Made by a program: the position numbers and the translations under genes | Assembly: GCF_020745735.1 (NCBI RefSeq) | Contig: NC_083410.1 | Span: 41,824,117-41,888,116 of the forward strand | Direction: 5' to 3' | DNA: 64,000 bases | Source: Hemiscyllium ocellatum | Lineage: Eukaryota | Part shown: positions 13,259-25,807 of the stretch, one piece after another | Position numbering within the stretch: the stretch's first letter is position 1 | Layout: each line of letters starts with the position of its first letter | The notes under the pieces: model-generated | Database searches by the model: none | The model's input: the letters and a program-made list of their open reading frames with translations, nothing else | Told to the model about the DNA's origin: nothing

Positions 13259-14599
13259 CTAGAAGACAAAAATGACATAAAACACATTAAGTTACGAGAA
13301 ACTTTGGTCTGTTGACTCTCCTGCACTCCTCTGTATGGAAAGGTTCTTATCAAGGTTGCAAGGAGGTGGGACAGAGAACAGCACCTCCTTCGATCTTAAA
13401 AGCTGAAAGTACAAATGCATTTTTGCTGTGGTCGTTTAAGAGTTAGTATCATTTTGTTGTGGTGAATTTGATACTGTCTCAAAAATAGTTACTATCAAAC
13501 TCTTATACTTAATTAGGTTTTCTTTTGTGAGTTCTGCCTGGTGGACCTGCATTTATTGCCCACTCCTAAGATGCTCATGAGAAGTTAAATCAGAAGTTTT
13601 GTTACTTAAAATGGAGTGTAGGAACGATCACAGTATAACTGTTTTCATTCACTCAAATTTTCCGTGTCTGGCCAGTTCCACACCATCACCGTCCCCAAAT
13701 TTTAACTCCTGCATTATCATAAGCATCACAACGATTAGTACTGAAACCAACTTCCTCAAGAATAAATCTTTGTTGAAAGTATAAGTTAGGGTTCCAGAAC
13801 TGACAAACATTTCTCAAGAATATCACAGCCATAACACTCTACTGACACTATGTTGTGCCACTGATAAATAATTCCTGCAATCAGACATCCTTAAAACAGC
13901 CAACTAAAATCTGTTAATCCATGCAAACCGGTTAAAAAAAAAGGCTGACAAAGATCTTGGCTGTTCTCTAACTTTATTGGAGGATTGAGATTGTAACTGA
14001 GCTCAGGGTTAATGAAAAGGAAAGCTGATGCCTTTAATCACTACTCAGAAAATCAAGGCTGGAAGCGCATTTATGCACATTAATATGGAAAGCGTTAGGC
14101 TTGGTTCTGATTCCATCACTGGTGAAATAGCTAGCCAAAAATAACATTCAAGTTTTATATGGGGGGAAATACCAGATGACCTGCAATAACTGTCGAACAA
14201 CACCAGAGAAGATTCAATAGCATGAGGAGGAGAACAAAACCTAAGAAAAAACTGAACCATAGGCAAGTTAGAACTTTCTTTTCTCTTGTTATCACATGTA
14301 ATTAACAAAACAAATGGCTTTTGCATTTAACAAATGTTCAAACCAACAATGCGAAAATCTATACATTAGAAATGTACAAGAATAAAATACCCTCCAAGAC
14401 ACAATCTGCAATTAAGAAATAAAAATCAAATGTACTACTGCTAAAGCTGGACAATTGAAGTTATTATTACAGCTTAATTACTGACTTCAAACTATTTCAA
14501 AAAAGGTTCAGCTGTAATTATTTGCAATGTTGGTAAATAGGGAGAGAACATCTTCAGATATTCTAATTAACTAATGTTGATGACATGGAAAAAGTGTAC

Positions 14600-14759
14600 C
14601 TTTTTGTCTGATCTCGATAGGAGAAAGTGTTTTAGCTTCTTCACCACATTCTGCCAATGCTCTAAGTTCAATAGGCAACCCGTGACAATCCCAGCCTGGT
14701 ACAAAGTGAACTCTGGAGCCTCTCATCAGCTGAAACCTATTTATGATATCCTTCAATAT
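14600..14759 (-). CDS. IARS2: IARS2 exon 3
   Basis: [14 protein letters not shown]...[12 protein letters not shown]...IRQK; AG/GT bounded, 160 nt. Confidence 0.97.
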
Positions 14760-14948
14760 CTGCAGTTAGGGGAATTAGAAAATAATGACAAGTCATGGAA
14801 TAATATTATATCATTTACATAAATAGATACTTTATCTCTAAAAAAAGTTATTCCAAGCACAACACATTATCAAATTATGATTTGTAAATCTCACACAGAA
14901 TATGAAGTATCTTCATACGAGGAAAACTGCAAAAAATGTATATATTTA

Positions 14949-15095
<147 letters not shown>

Positions 15096-15964
15096 CTATG
15101 AAAACAAGAAATGTCAAGATTTCAATGACTTGCAAAATCTTTACAATTAACTACGCATATAAACTCAAAGGCAACCAATGAATAAGTGTTTATAAGAAAG
15201 ATAAACATGAAGGAAAAAAATCTCTATTACTTCATCAATTCTTCAATGTATGGCATGCAGGAATAAATCAAATGTGTTCCTTATGAGAAATGATTTAAAA
15301 GGCACGGGACAACTATCGACATATAGGCAGTCTCCCATTTATTAAAGAGTTCCATTCTGAAGTCTGTTCACAAATCAATTTTTATGCAAGTCAGTACTCA
15401 ATGCACAACAATAAAGAAGTGCCATGCGTAAAGTACAGGAAGTATTCAAGTCAGATCATTAAAATTACACCCCTATGAGATCACATTCATAAGTCGGTTT
15501 GTAGAACATGGACCCCCTGTAATTCAGTCCTAACTTTGTATTTCCATTACAATTCCTATGTCCATAGGAATAGAAATTGAAGAAAAACGTTTTCACACTG
15601 GTTATGGTCTGGAATGCACTAACTGAGAATGAGTGATCAAGGCACACTCAAATGCTCAATGGGAGGATTCACAAGGGAATTGGATTTTAGCTGGAAAAAG
15701 AAGAATGTGCATTGTTACAGGGAGAAGGAAGGAGAATGGCACCAGATGTCATGAAGACATTGTAACCAAATAGCCTCTTTCGCAGTTGTGTCAGTTCTGT
15801 GATTCAGTGTCCACAGCTCTCACTTATGCAGTCAAACAATAGGCAATGCACAACAGCAGTAGCTATACACTAGTACCCGACTTCAACAGATGAACTAAAG
15901 TTCGAGTCTGACATAGCTAGGAGTAACAGCCTTCTAAGTGAATGATATGTGGTCAGTTGGGTGC

Positions 15965-16145
15965 TTGGAGAAAGTGAGGACTGCAGAGTCTGGAGATCAG
16001 AGTCAAAAAGTGTTGTGTTGGAAAAGCACAGCGGGTTAGGCAGCATGCGAGGAGCAGGAGAGGCGATGTTTCAAGCATAAGCTCTTTATCTTCTGCTCCT
16101 CAGCCTGACCCGCTGTGCTTTTCCAGCACCGCACTTTTTGACAGT
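15965..16145. mobile_element. Fold-back Penelope-derived element (related copies at 2838-2975 and 56670-56765)
   Basis: GAAAGTGAGGACTGCAGA head plus the inverted pair GGAAAAGCACAGCGGG / CCCGCTGTGCTTTTCC. Confidence 0.65.
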
Positions 16146-16753
16146 TGGATGCTGCAGATGATCCTAGCTCTGAAGAGGGACACCAGGGAAATAAGTGGTA
16201 CAACAAGGGCACCACGCTGATGAAGTAGATTAGTAGCCTGATGCTCAAAAAGCAGTGAGACTTCATGGAGGACCATCTCAGTCAGCAATGAAAATTTGTC
16301 ATCAAACGGAACAAAATCATAAGAAATAGGAGCTATTCAACCCATCAAGTCTGCTGTGCCACGCAATGAGGTCATGATAATCCCTCAACTCTATTTCCTG
16401 CCTTTTCCCTGTTACTCTTGATTCCCTTGCTGATTAAACATCAGTTTATCTCATCCTTGATTATACTAATGGACAGTGCCCCCTGCAGTAAAGAATTCTA
16501 CAGACTCATATTCCCACTGCGAGAGGAAATGCCTCCTCATCTCTGCCCCAGCTGCTGCAAAGGGACTTGGGAGAAGACTCTGCTTTCCAACCTGCCCACA
16601 GTAGACAGATCAGTGACACACTCATCTCCCTTTGGCGTGACTAAACCTCTGGGACCAAGTCAACAGCCTGGTTGGGCTCAGTGCTGTGGGGCTCTGGCAC
16701 TCTGCAGAGTGAAGCCCTTGCTGCCAGCCTCATTGACTGACCCATCAGCACTA

Positions 16754-17473
16754 TCCTGGACACTGTTCCCCTGCCCTCCCCTGACTGACCCTGTCCTGGA
16801 CACTGTTCCCCTGCCCTCCCCTGACTGACCCTGTCCTGGACACTGTCCCCCTGCCCTCCCACCCCTGACTGACCCTGTCCTGGACACTGTTCCCCTGCCC
16901 TCCCACCCCTGACTGACCCTGTCCTGGACACTGTTCCCCTGCCCTCCCACCCCTGACTGACCCTGTCCTGGACACTGTCCCCCTGCCCTCCCACCCCTGA
17001 CTGACCCTGTCCTGGACACTGTCCCCCTGCCCTCCCCTGACTGACCCTGTCCTGGACACTGTTCCCCTGCCCTCCCACCCCTGACTGACCCTGTCCTGGA
17101 CACTGTTCCCCTGCCCTCCCACCCCTGACTGACCCTGTCCTGGACACTGTTCCCCTGCCCTCCCACCCCTGACTGACCCTGTCCTGGACACTGTTCCCCT
17201 GCCCTCCCACCCCTGACTGACCCTGTCCTGGACACTGTTCCCCTGCCCTCCCCTGACTGACCCTGTCCTGGACACTGTTCCCCTGCCCTGCCCTCCCACC
17301 CCTGACTGACCCTGTCCTGGACACTGTTCCCCTGCCCTGCCCTCCCACCCCTGACTGACCCTGTCCTGGACACTGTTCCCCTGCCCTGCCCTCCCACCCC
17401 TGACTGACCCTGTCCTGGACACTGTTCCCCTGCCCTGCCCTCCCACCCCTGACTGACCCTGTCCTGGACACTG
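16754..17473. repeat. Minisatellite (VNTR), about 17 units of 40/44/49 bp, at the start of IARS2 intron 1
   Basis: Unit GACTGACCCTGTCCTGGACACTGTTCCCCTGCCCT(GCCCT)CCC(ACCC)CT; the core TCCTGGACACTG was counted 17 times. Confidence 0.97.
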
Positions 17474-17486
17474 CCCCCCCCCATAC

Positions 17487-17693
17487 CCTCTGGATCTGCA
17501 GCTCCTTTTCCAGCAGCTCCTGGCCGCTCGGTCTCATGGGGAAGTCGGTGCGGGGCAGCAGCACCGTCTCCCGGTATTTGTTGCTGCTCGCGCTCGAATT
17601 CCAGCTGGTGACCGTCTGCCGGTACCGGGCGGCGGCGTCCCGCAGTTTCCCGGTTAGCGAGGAGCCGCAGCGGGCTCTGAGCATCACAATCAT
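17487..17693 (-). CDS. IARS2: IARS2 coding exon 1 (mitochondrial isoleucyl-tRNA synthetase, targeting peptide)
   Basis: MIVMLRARC...NKYRETVLLPRTDFPM...ELQIQR matches the IleRS N-terminal Y..T..LP.T.FPM motif. ATG context TCCGCCATG, donor AGG|GTATGG, CpG-rich region. An in-frame upstream ATG at 17831 is an alternative start. Confidence 0.9.
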
Positions 17694-18179
17694 GGCGGAA
17701 CCCTGCCGGCCGGTGGGCACCAGGACCCAGCGGCTACCACACGAGCGGCAACGGCGGCCACCGAGGCTCAGAACGCGCGTCCCAAAATCCGCAGCCTGCC
17801 TCCTTCCCCCCCGGGCGCTCAGCAACACCATCTACCGACCAGCTGAGTATCCAACAGCTGTCAGTTCAGGACACACCAAGGAAAATTTTTTAATTGCAAA
17901 ACCAACAGAAAAATCTGGGTCTGTCTTTATTTTCTCTCAGCACATGGAGCTTTAAACCAAAAATATCAAGTCTATAGAGGCAAAATGTCACAAATCTTCT
18001 ACAAGTAGCAACCAGTGCAACAATTTTAATCAACTTTATTTCAAAGTCATAAGTCAGATGACAGTCCAGCACATTTATTTGAAATCACAAGTTTTTGGAG
18101 CATTGCCCCTTCATCACCTTGCCCACCCCGTCACTTCCACATCATGCCCACCAACTTTATTTCAGGTTCATTCAAGGCA

Positions 18180-18980
18180 TAAAAACTGAAAGAACTGCAA
18201 ATGCTGAAAAGCAGAAACAAAAACAGAAATTATAGATGATGTAATTTCTATCCATTTACCTCCTCCCTCCTCAGTATCCAAGGACCCAAACACACCTTCA
18301 AGGTGGAGCAGTGCTTTAAGTGCATTGCATAATGTTGTCTATTGCATTTGCTGCTCACAATGTGGTCTCCTCTACATTGGGGAAACAAAGTTTAGACTGG
18401 GTGACTGCTTTGCAGAACACCCAGTTCTGCCTGCAAAAAAGGCCCTGAGCCTCCACCTGCCTGCCACTTCAATACACCATTATGTTCCCTGGCCAACATC
18501 TCTGTCTCAGGTTTGCTCCAGCGAAGCTCAGTGCAAGTTGGAAGAACAACACCAACTTTTTCGCTTGTGATACTGTAACCTTCTGGACTCAACAAGTACA
18601 ATAACTTTAAGGCTTGAACTGCCCCATGTCTTTACCCTAACCCCAACACACCAGGCCTTATTGTCACATAGTCTGCCAATACACACAACGTATTGTTAGC
18701 TACTAACAGTCCCCAGTAATAGCCATTTACCCTCCTAACAAGATCATTATCCACTCTGTAATCTGTCCAATTGTTCTTCTTTCTCTTTAGGCTTTATCCC
18801 AACCTAGAATTTACTCCTTACCACCTCACCCAACCCTATCTTCTCCATATAAACCAACATTTCCTAGCTACCATCAGTTCTAAGGAAGAGTCACTCAACC
18901 TGAAACATTAACTCTAATTCTCTCCATAGATGCTGCCAAACCTGCTGAGCTTTTCCAGCAATTTTCTGTTTTTGTTTCAT
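18180..18980 (+). mobile_element. Penelope-like element 3' fragment (GIY-YIG endonuclease plus pLTR)
   Basis: NVVYCICCSQCGLLYIGETKFRLGDCFAEH; inverted termini; hammerhead relic at 18876-18913. Confidence 0.85.
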
Positions 18981-19219
18981 TCAAGGCATGTTTATTATCG
19001 GGAATACAGATTAAACAATACTGTCTGGTCAGTTCCAATTGCCATGTTCACCCTAGCATATCCCTTTCTATGGAAAATGAACAAACTCATGATCAATTAA
19101 ATTTTGCAATTGTCTTTCAAACAACTTTTCCCTTTCTCTGATTTTTTTAAAAAAATCTCATTCATGTACATTATAAGAATGATTTCCTTGATATTTCTCT
19201 TCGAAAGCAGCATCCAAAT

Positions 19220-19670
19220 AGAGTCATAGAGATGTACAGCACGGAAACAACTTGACCATACCAACCAGATATCCTCTATAAATCCAGTCGCATTTGCCAG
19301 CATTTGGCCCGTCCCATTCATACACCCATCCACATGCTTTTTAAATCGTTTTATTGAACCAGCCTCCACCACTTCCTGTGGCAACTCACTCCATAAATAC
19401 ACCACCCTCTGTGTGAAGAAGTTGCCCTTTAGGCCCTGTTTAAAACATTCCCCTCCCACCTTAAACCTTTACCCTCTAGTTTGGACTCTCCTTCACTGGG
19501 AAAAAGACCTGTCTATTTACCCTATCCATGCCCCTCATGATTTTATAAACCTCTTATAAGTTTACCCCTCAGCCTTTGATTCTCCAGGGAAAATAGCCCC
19601 AGCCTATTTGCCTCTCCCTACAGCTAAAACTATCCAGCCCTGGCAATATCCTTGCAAATCTTTTCCTTGG
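19220..19670 (-). mobile_element. CR1 3' fragment
   Basis: GNFFTQRVV.LW.ELP.EVVEA..I..FK; gagtcatagag tail. Confidence 0.8.
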
Positions 19671-20503
19671 TGAAGATGATAAATCTTTTTAAATTTCCTG
19701 GATTCTTCAGGTCAACCTTATATGATTAGTTAGCAACAATACCAAATACAGGAAAGTGATTTTAATGAACACTTTCTATTTGGTGGACCATAAGGATTTT
19801 CCTTGTGGCTTAGTTATTTATGGAAGCAAAAATAGGTTACTCAGCTCCTCAAGTATGTTCTACCAGTATGTTAAGCTATAGGAATTGGTTTAGCTCAGTT
19901 GGCTGGATTGTTGGTTTGTAGAGTAATATGTTGCCAACAGTATGGGTTCAATTCTCATCACCAGTTTGAGGTTACTCTGAAGGACCCTCCTTCTCAGCCT
20001 CTCTTTCCTTGTATGAGAGTAGGTAGCCCCCAGATTAAGTCACCTATCTTTAATGAGAGAACTGGCTATGCAACATATTAGTTCATATCTGATTCTTGCC
20101 ACCACTTTCTCTGTATCCCTTGCTGCCCTGATTCAAAAAACTGTTGATCTTAGACTTCAAATTGACCCAGCTTCCACAGCCTCTTTATGTAACTACTTCC
20201 TAAATTCATCCCTAAATGGTCTGGTTCTAATTTTAAGATTGTTGCCCCTTGTACTTGACTTATCCACCAAACAAAATGATTTATCTGCAAAAACTCTGCT
20301 GAGACCACGTAATAACAGTTTTTGACTGTATGAACAGTGTCCTTTTATTTTGTGTCTTTGAAAACTGAATTGTAAGGAGTAAGAACTGCTTTTAAAATTA
20401 GGAATTTACAAGGAAAGCTGCAGAATTTCAGAAAATAAGGATTCCATACCTATTTTGATTGTGGACAGGGCAAGAGAAATGGTTATGTGTGTTTTTTAAA
20501 TTT

Positions 20504-21534
20504 GGGTAGTTCTCGCATAAAGCGTATTTGGACATTGTGATTTGGCTGTTACATCACTGAAGAATTAGTGAGCGGTATTTTCAAGAATGCTTACCTCTGT
20601 TCACCATTGTGCGATTCCAGTAGTGATTGTTTTGCACACTTTGTTCTGTGCAAGTGCTGATATCATCGGTCGTCAGAGCATGTGAGAGGTACACTACATT
20701 GAGCAGCTTCATCTAAAAAATTAAACGAATGAATGTTCATTGCTCTGCCTCTGAAAGTATTCTTGTGTAATTCCTGGACAAGCCTTGTAGAATTCCTGCA
20801 GAACTGCATTAGTCTTATGCATACCATTTGCCTTTCTAATTTGTTCTCATATTTGCATATCACACAATCTAAACCAACCCCTGAGAAACAGTCAGGAGAC
20901 AATGAATCACACCCATCTGGGGTAGCATGGTACCTAAGCGGTTAGCACTGCTGCTTCACAGTGCCAGGCACCTGGGTTCCATTCCAGCCCTGTGCAACCA
21001 TCTGTGTGCAGTTTTGTACATTCTCACTGTGTCTGCATAGGTTTCCTCCAGGTGCTCCGGTTTCCTCCCACAATGCAAAGATGTGGATAGGTGAATTTGC
21101 CAAGCTAAATTGCCCATAGTGTTCACAGATGTATAGGTTAGGCATATTACCAGGGGTAAATGTAGGAGAATAGGTCCCTTTGGAGGGTCGGTGTGGACTT
21201 TTAGGGCTGAAGAGCCTGTTTCCCCCAGGGATTCTATGAATTATCACAACTGATCTTGAAGATGACCCTCTGAACCAGCATTAACAATATTTTTTTTCAA
21301 TGTAGTGTTAAATTTACTTTTCTTTTGTTGGTGAAGGTAATTGAAATGTTCACTCAGGCTTTGCCAAACTTTGTGTTAGGGTTTTGGCAGACTTTTGAGT
21401 GACTGTGAGTGATATTTGTGTGCTGGTCTGCCCGGATCCCATTTATCACATAGACCCCGTTATTTATATTAAGCGATTTTCTATGAAGTGAGATTTCGCT
21501 GGAATGCCAGCATGCGTTATAGGAGAACTACCTG
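20504..21534. mobile_element. Old non-autonomous TIR DNA element interrupted by a V-SINE
   Basis: GGTAGTTCTCGCATAA at 20505 is inverted as CGTTATAGGAGAACTACC at 21515-21532. Confidence 0.5.
20919..21240 (+). mobile_element. V-SINE (HE1-like)
   Basis: tRNA-like head GGTTAGCACTGCTGC...GGGTTCCATTCC, V-domain GGTTTCCTCC.GGTGCTCCGGTTTCCTCCCACA, CR1-like tail. Confidence 0.85.
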
Positions 21535-21764
21535 CATGTAGACCATCACATGCAACAACAGATCACCCCATTGTATGCATATTGTAAATTGTCTCAGAAT
21601 ATTATTATGGACAAGAGCAAGAAAGAGGACACGATGTTCTGGTGACATTAATGCAAAACAATTTCTCGTGTTTGGATCAGACTTTGCAAACAGTGAGAAG
21701 GAGTGGCCGCACTTTTGTTTTGGGTTTATGGGGAGTTGTCGATGTGAGTGATTGCTGGTTATAT

Positions 21765-21895
21765 TAGGGCATGCGCGCAGCCCCGGAGTGACAGGCGGCT
21801 CGGCTCTGCACTTGGTCGCTTCCCCGCTTTCAGCCGCTGGGTGGTATATTTTCCTCGATTGTGCAATTTATTTTCTCGTTGCTCTGCTGCAAACC
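21765..21895 (+). promoter_or_regulatory. BPNT1 CpG-rich promoter / 5' UTR with an NRF1-like motif
   Basis: GGGCATGCGCGCA near 21767-21779 and local CpG enrichment before the ATG exon. Confidence 0.55.
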
Positions 21896-22018
21896 ATGTC
21901 GTCCGCGAGTCCGGCTTTTCTGATGCGGCTTATGGCATCGACCTTTTCCATTGCGGAGAAGGCGCAGACCATAGTCCAGCAGGTGATGAGCGGAGGGGAC
22001 CTGGGCATCGTGGAGAAG
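21896..22018 (+). CDS. BPNT1: BPNT1 coding exon 1
   Basis: [41 protein letters not shown]; ACCATG start, AAG|GT donor. Confidence 0.94.
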
Positions 22019-23279
22019 GTGGGTTTGTGCAAGGACAGGCCCGCACTCTGATGCTGGACTTGTTCGACTGAACTTCCTGCTCAGGGAGAAATGTCCCATT
22101 CTCAGCAACTGTTGATCAGGGCAGTTACAGATTTCAGCAACAACTTTCATTTCCCAACTGGAGAAAGTTCAGTTGCGTGCATGTCCGCAATGTTTCATTT
22201 TGGTTTCTCTCTCTTATCTCTATTGTACTTTTGGACTGGATTTTTTTACAATCTGTTACTGCCATGTTTACTGTTGGCACATCAGATATTACGATTGTGT
22301 CTGGAATGGCGTGAAATCTAACTTGCATTTATATTAACCCCTCATTTACATTTCACACATTAATTTATTTGAAAATGGCAGCACGATTCAATGTGCAGCC
22401 TCTCACTTTGTGTAAAAATCCTTAACTAAACAAGTAAAGCAATGATGAGTGGTGTCTAATTGCAATTAATCGCTCTTGACTTTTTTCAATCAAGCTAATC
22501 GCAGCTTAGTTTTTTAAACCGGTACTTTAACAGAATTATTTAAAAAACTTGTTTTTTTTCCAAGCTGGACCTTGTTCTGACCTTTGGTATGCACCAATAC
22601 ATGTGTGAAATTCCTTGTACTGTAGTGACAAGCATTCTGGAATGAATTACTATATATCCAGTCACCTTGTGTTTTGCTGTTAAAGGAGAAAAACATGGGA
22701 GAAAAAACACTTGTGCATAATTGCCTCGGTCTCTACATTTATTTTTGAATTATGTTTTGCTTTCCTGAAGGCCTTCACTCCTTTTAGGATACAGTTCTAG
22801 AGGCACTGATGTGTTTTCTGCCTAGTGCCCATTCTGCGTGAGCCTGAACTGTGGGTGGAAGCAGGTTAACCAACTGTGGAGGACATAACAGAGGAACCCA
22901 GCCTTCCTACCTGATGTCCACAGACTTTGGATTTTCCTGTAATGAGTGCTGAGTCTAGTTGTGGCTCCTGAGATGCTGCCCTGACTGGGATCAGCAACTT
23001 GGTGCAATCAAAGGAATCAATACCTGGGACTTTCTGGCTTGTAAGAATAATTTTAAGATGTTTTGAATTGTACAGCTTGGGGAGATATCCATTGTGTAAT
23101 GCTGCCTGCCAGTTCTACAACTGCCATAAAAATACATAACCAAATCTTTGATTTTTTTTGTACAGTTACATGTTTTACTTCAGAATGTATTGCATATCTA
23201 AAGTTCATAGTAAATCTTTGCATAGTTATCCAACTTCAAAGTATATAATATTTGCATAATGTCTGTCATTGGATTGATT

Positions 23280-23630
23280 TAAAAGCAAATTACTGCGGAT
23301 GCTGGAATCTGAAGCCAAAAGAGAAAATGCTGGAAAATCTCAGCAAGTCTGGCACCATCTGTAAGGAGAGAAAAGAGCTGACGTTTCGAGTCTAACTGAC
23401 CCTGTATCAAAGCTGCATTTTCTCTTTTGGTTTCAGATTCCAGCATCCGCAATAATTTGCTTTTATCCAGTGTTTAACCCACTGCCACCTCTCTTGCAGG
23501 AATACCTATCCTGAAGAATTACTGCTCTTCTCTCCAACTAAGGGTCAGTTAGACTGAAACGTTAGCTCTTTTCTCTCCTTACAGATGCTGCCAGACCTAC
23601 TGAGATTTTCCAGCATTTTCTCTTTTTGGT
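23280..23630. mobile_element. Fold-back Penelope-derived element
   Basis: AAGCAAATTACTGCGGATGCTGGAATCTGAA is inverted at 23431-23463; a second inverted arm lies at 23540-23630. Confidence 0.7.
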
Positions 23631-25084
23631 ATTGGATTGATTTTCTTGACACTTTATTTTTTATTTTTTTGCATAAATGTAGCAGCCAAGGCTGTTTCAA
23701 ACACGTTACACTTTTCACTTTGGAAAATTGTTTTCCACGTGAATGAATTTGAGAGTATTTTTAAAAATCTTATTTTTCTTTTGTTCTGGTGCTTTCAGCT
23801 TTTCTTGTGGAATAAAGTTTTTTGGAGGTTGAAAATGCATCGTATAATGCATGGCACCAAGTTTGCAGTATGGCTAATTGGTCAATTTTATGTCTGGCTT
23901 TCACTTCTTTGTATATAATTTCTCATGAGAGATTTAGAAATGTTTTCTGCTGGTCATCTGGTAAGTTTTGAAAATTCAGTTATCTGTAAGATTCTTGATA
24001 GAGAGAGACTGACTTCAAATTTTGGTCCATTGAGTCACATTGAGGCCATTGCTTATAATAACATCAAAATAGTTTGCATGTGAAATATTAGTGGTAATTT
24101 AATTTGTTATCATTGAAAAGTGAGAAAAAAGTCCATGAGGAAAGTATGTCCTCTAAATTTTTAAAATACTAATAATTCACCTCATTTCATGCTGCAAACA
24201 TAAGTGTATTTTTTTCTATTCAGCCTGTTAAGGGTTGCTATCACATTCCTCTAGAGCAAGTGGGACTTTAACCCAGGTCTCTTAATCCAGAGGTAGGAAC
24301 ATAACCATTACACCACAAGAGCCCCATATATATTGGAATAATTTGGAGCACCTATTGAGAAATCTTCCCTTTGTTCCACATCATCTGTTTTCTCTCAACA
24401 TAAATGTCGTCCTTCGTGTTTTTGCATAATTTTTGTAAACTTTCTTTGCACCCTTTCCAAGGTTTTGATGTTCCTTTGAGTCCTTGTCACCCAGTGCTGG
24501 AGACACTTCTCTAACTGAGACCTCACAAATAATTTATAAAGGTTTTGCCAGAGTAAGTAAGAAGAAACTGTGTCCACGAGCAGGCAGCTATATCATAGAT
24601 TTAAACTAAATGGCAGAAGAACCAGAGGGGAGCTGGAACAAAATTTTAAAGGAGTGAGTTGTTATAATTAGGAATACTGCTTTAATGATTGGTAGAAGCA
24701 AATTCAATGTGAGCTTCCAAAATAGAAATTGGATATATATTATATTAGGAAAATGCAGGGCAACGGGGAAAGAATTGCTGGGGGGAGGAGAAATGAATTA
24801 TGAAAATTTAGCTAATTCAGTTTAATTTCTTTGGTTCAAGTTAATAACCCGTACACATACTGCCCTGTCCCAATAACATAGCGTAGATTGTGAACTTTTA
24901 TAGGGACTAGCTGTCATGGAACATATTACAAGTAAGTAATACAGAAAATGCTGGAGAAACTCAGCAAGTCAGGCAGCATCAGTGAAAAGAGAAACAAAAT
25001 TAATATTTCGCATCCAGTCTGACTGTTCTTTAGAACTCTAGAGACGTTTGTTTACATTTCAATTTTTTCATATTTCTAACGTAG

Positions 25085-25189
25085 ACTGGAGCCAATGATC
25101 TACAAACAAAAGCTGATCGATTGGTGCAGATAAGCATCTGTTCATCATTGGCCCGTAAATTCCCCAAACTAACTATAATTGGAGAGGAG
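25085..25189 (+). CDS. BPNT1: BPNT1 coding exon 2
   Basis: [35 protein letters not shown]; 105 nt. Confidence 0.97.
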
Positions 25190-25337
25190 GTAAGGAATTA
25201 CAATATCAATAAATGTTTAATTCAATATTTTGTTCTGCAGATTTTCTTCTGCTGTATTTTCTTGTAACAAATTTTAGATTGTTTTTATAAGAAAAGATGG
25301 CATATTACTTGCCTTTCTTTTGAGTAACTTTTTTTTT

Positions 25338-25645
25338 ATAGATAGATTCCCTACAGTGTGGAAACAGGCCCTTCGGCCCAACAAGTCCACACCAACCTTT
25401 CAAAGAGCAATTCCCAGATCCATTCCCCTACATTTACCCCTGACTAATGTACCTAACACCACGGGCAATTTAGCATGGCCAATTCACCTAACCTGCACAT
25501 CTTTGGACTGTGGGAGGAAACCGGACCACTCAGAGGAAACCTATGCAGACACGGGGAGAACGTGCAAACTCCATACAGAGTTGCCCGAGTGGGAATTGAA
25601 CCCGGGTCCCTGGCACTGTGAGGCAACAATGCTAACCACTGAGTC
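25338..25645 (-). mobile_element. V-SINE (HE1-like)
   Basis: Same head, V-domain and tail on the - strand. Confidence 0.85.
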
Positions 25646-25807
25646 TTGAGAGGTTAAGTAGATATTGTTGACCTTTTATTTGTTTTCATCCCAACTCCCC
25701 TGCACATCCATTCCAGTGAAAGATATATTCATACAAGATCAATGGAGGAAATATATGTAGTGAGGAAATAAGAGAATGAGTAGGTCATATGACTCTTCAA
25801 GCGGGTG

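Noticed and set aside
15322-15521. Possible second Tigger-like MITE (TATAGGCAGTC...GACCCCCTGTA)
   Set aside because: The termini are too degenerate to support the call.
16754-17473. CRISPR-like array, or three overlapping long ORFs (396, 268 and 231 aa) as genes
   Set aside because: There are no unique spacers and the context is eukaryotic. The ORFs arise from a stop-free tandem repeat; only the exon 1 part is supported as coding.
19880-20070. tRNA-like A/B boxes (TAGCTCAGTTGG...GGGTTCAATTC), also seen in V-SINE heads
   Set aside because: No cloverleaf, and the boxes are followed by a SINE body; these are tRNA-derived SINE heads, not tRNA genes.
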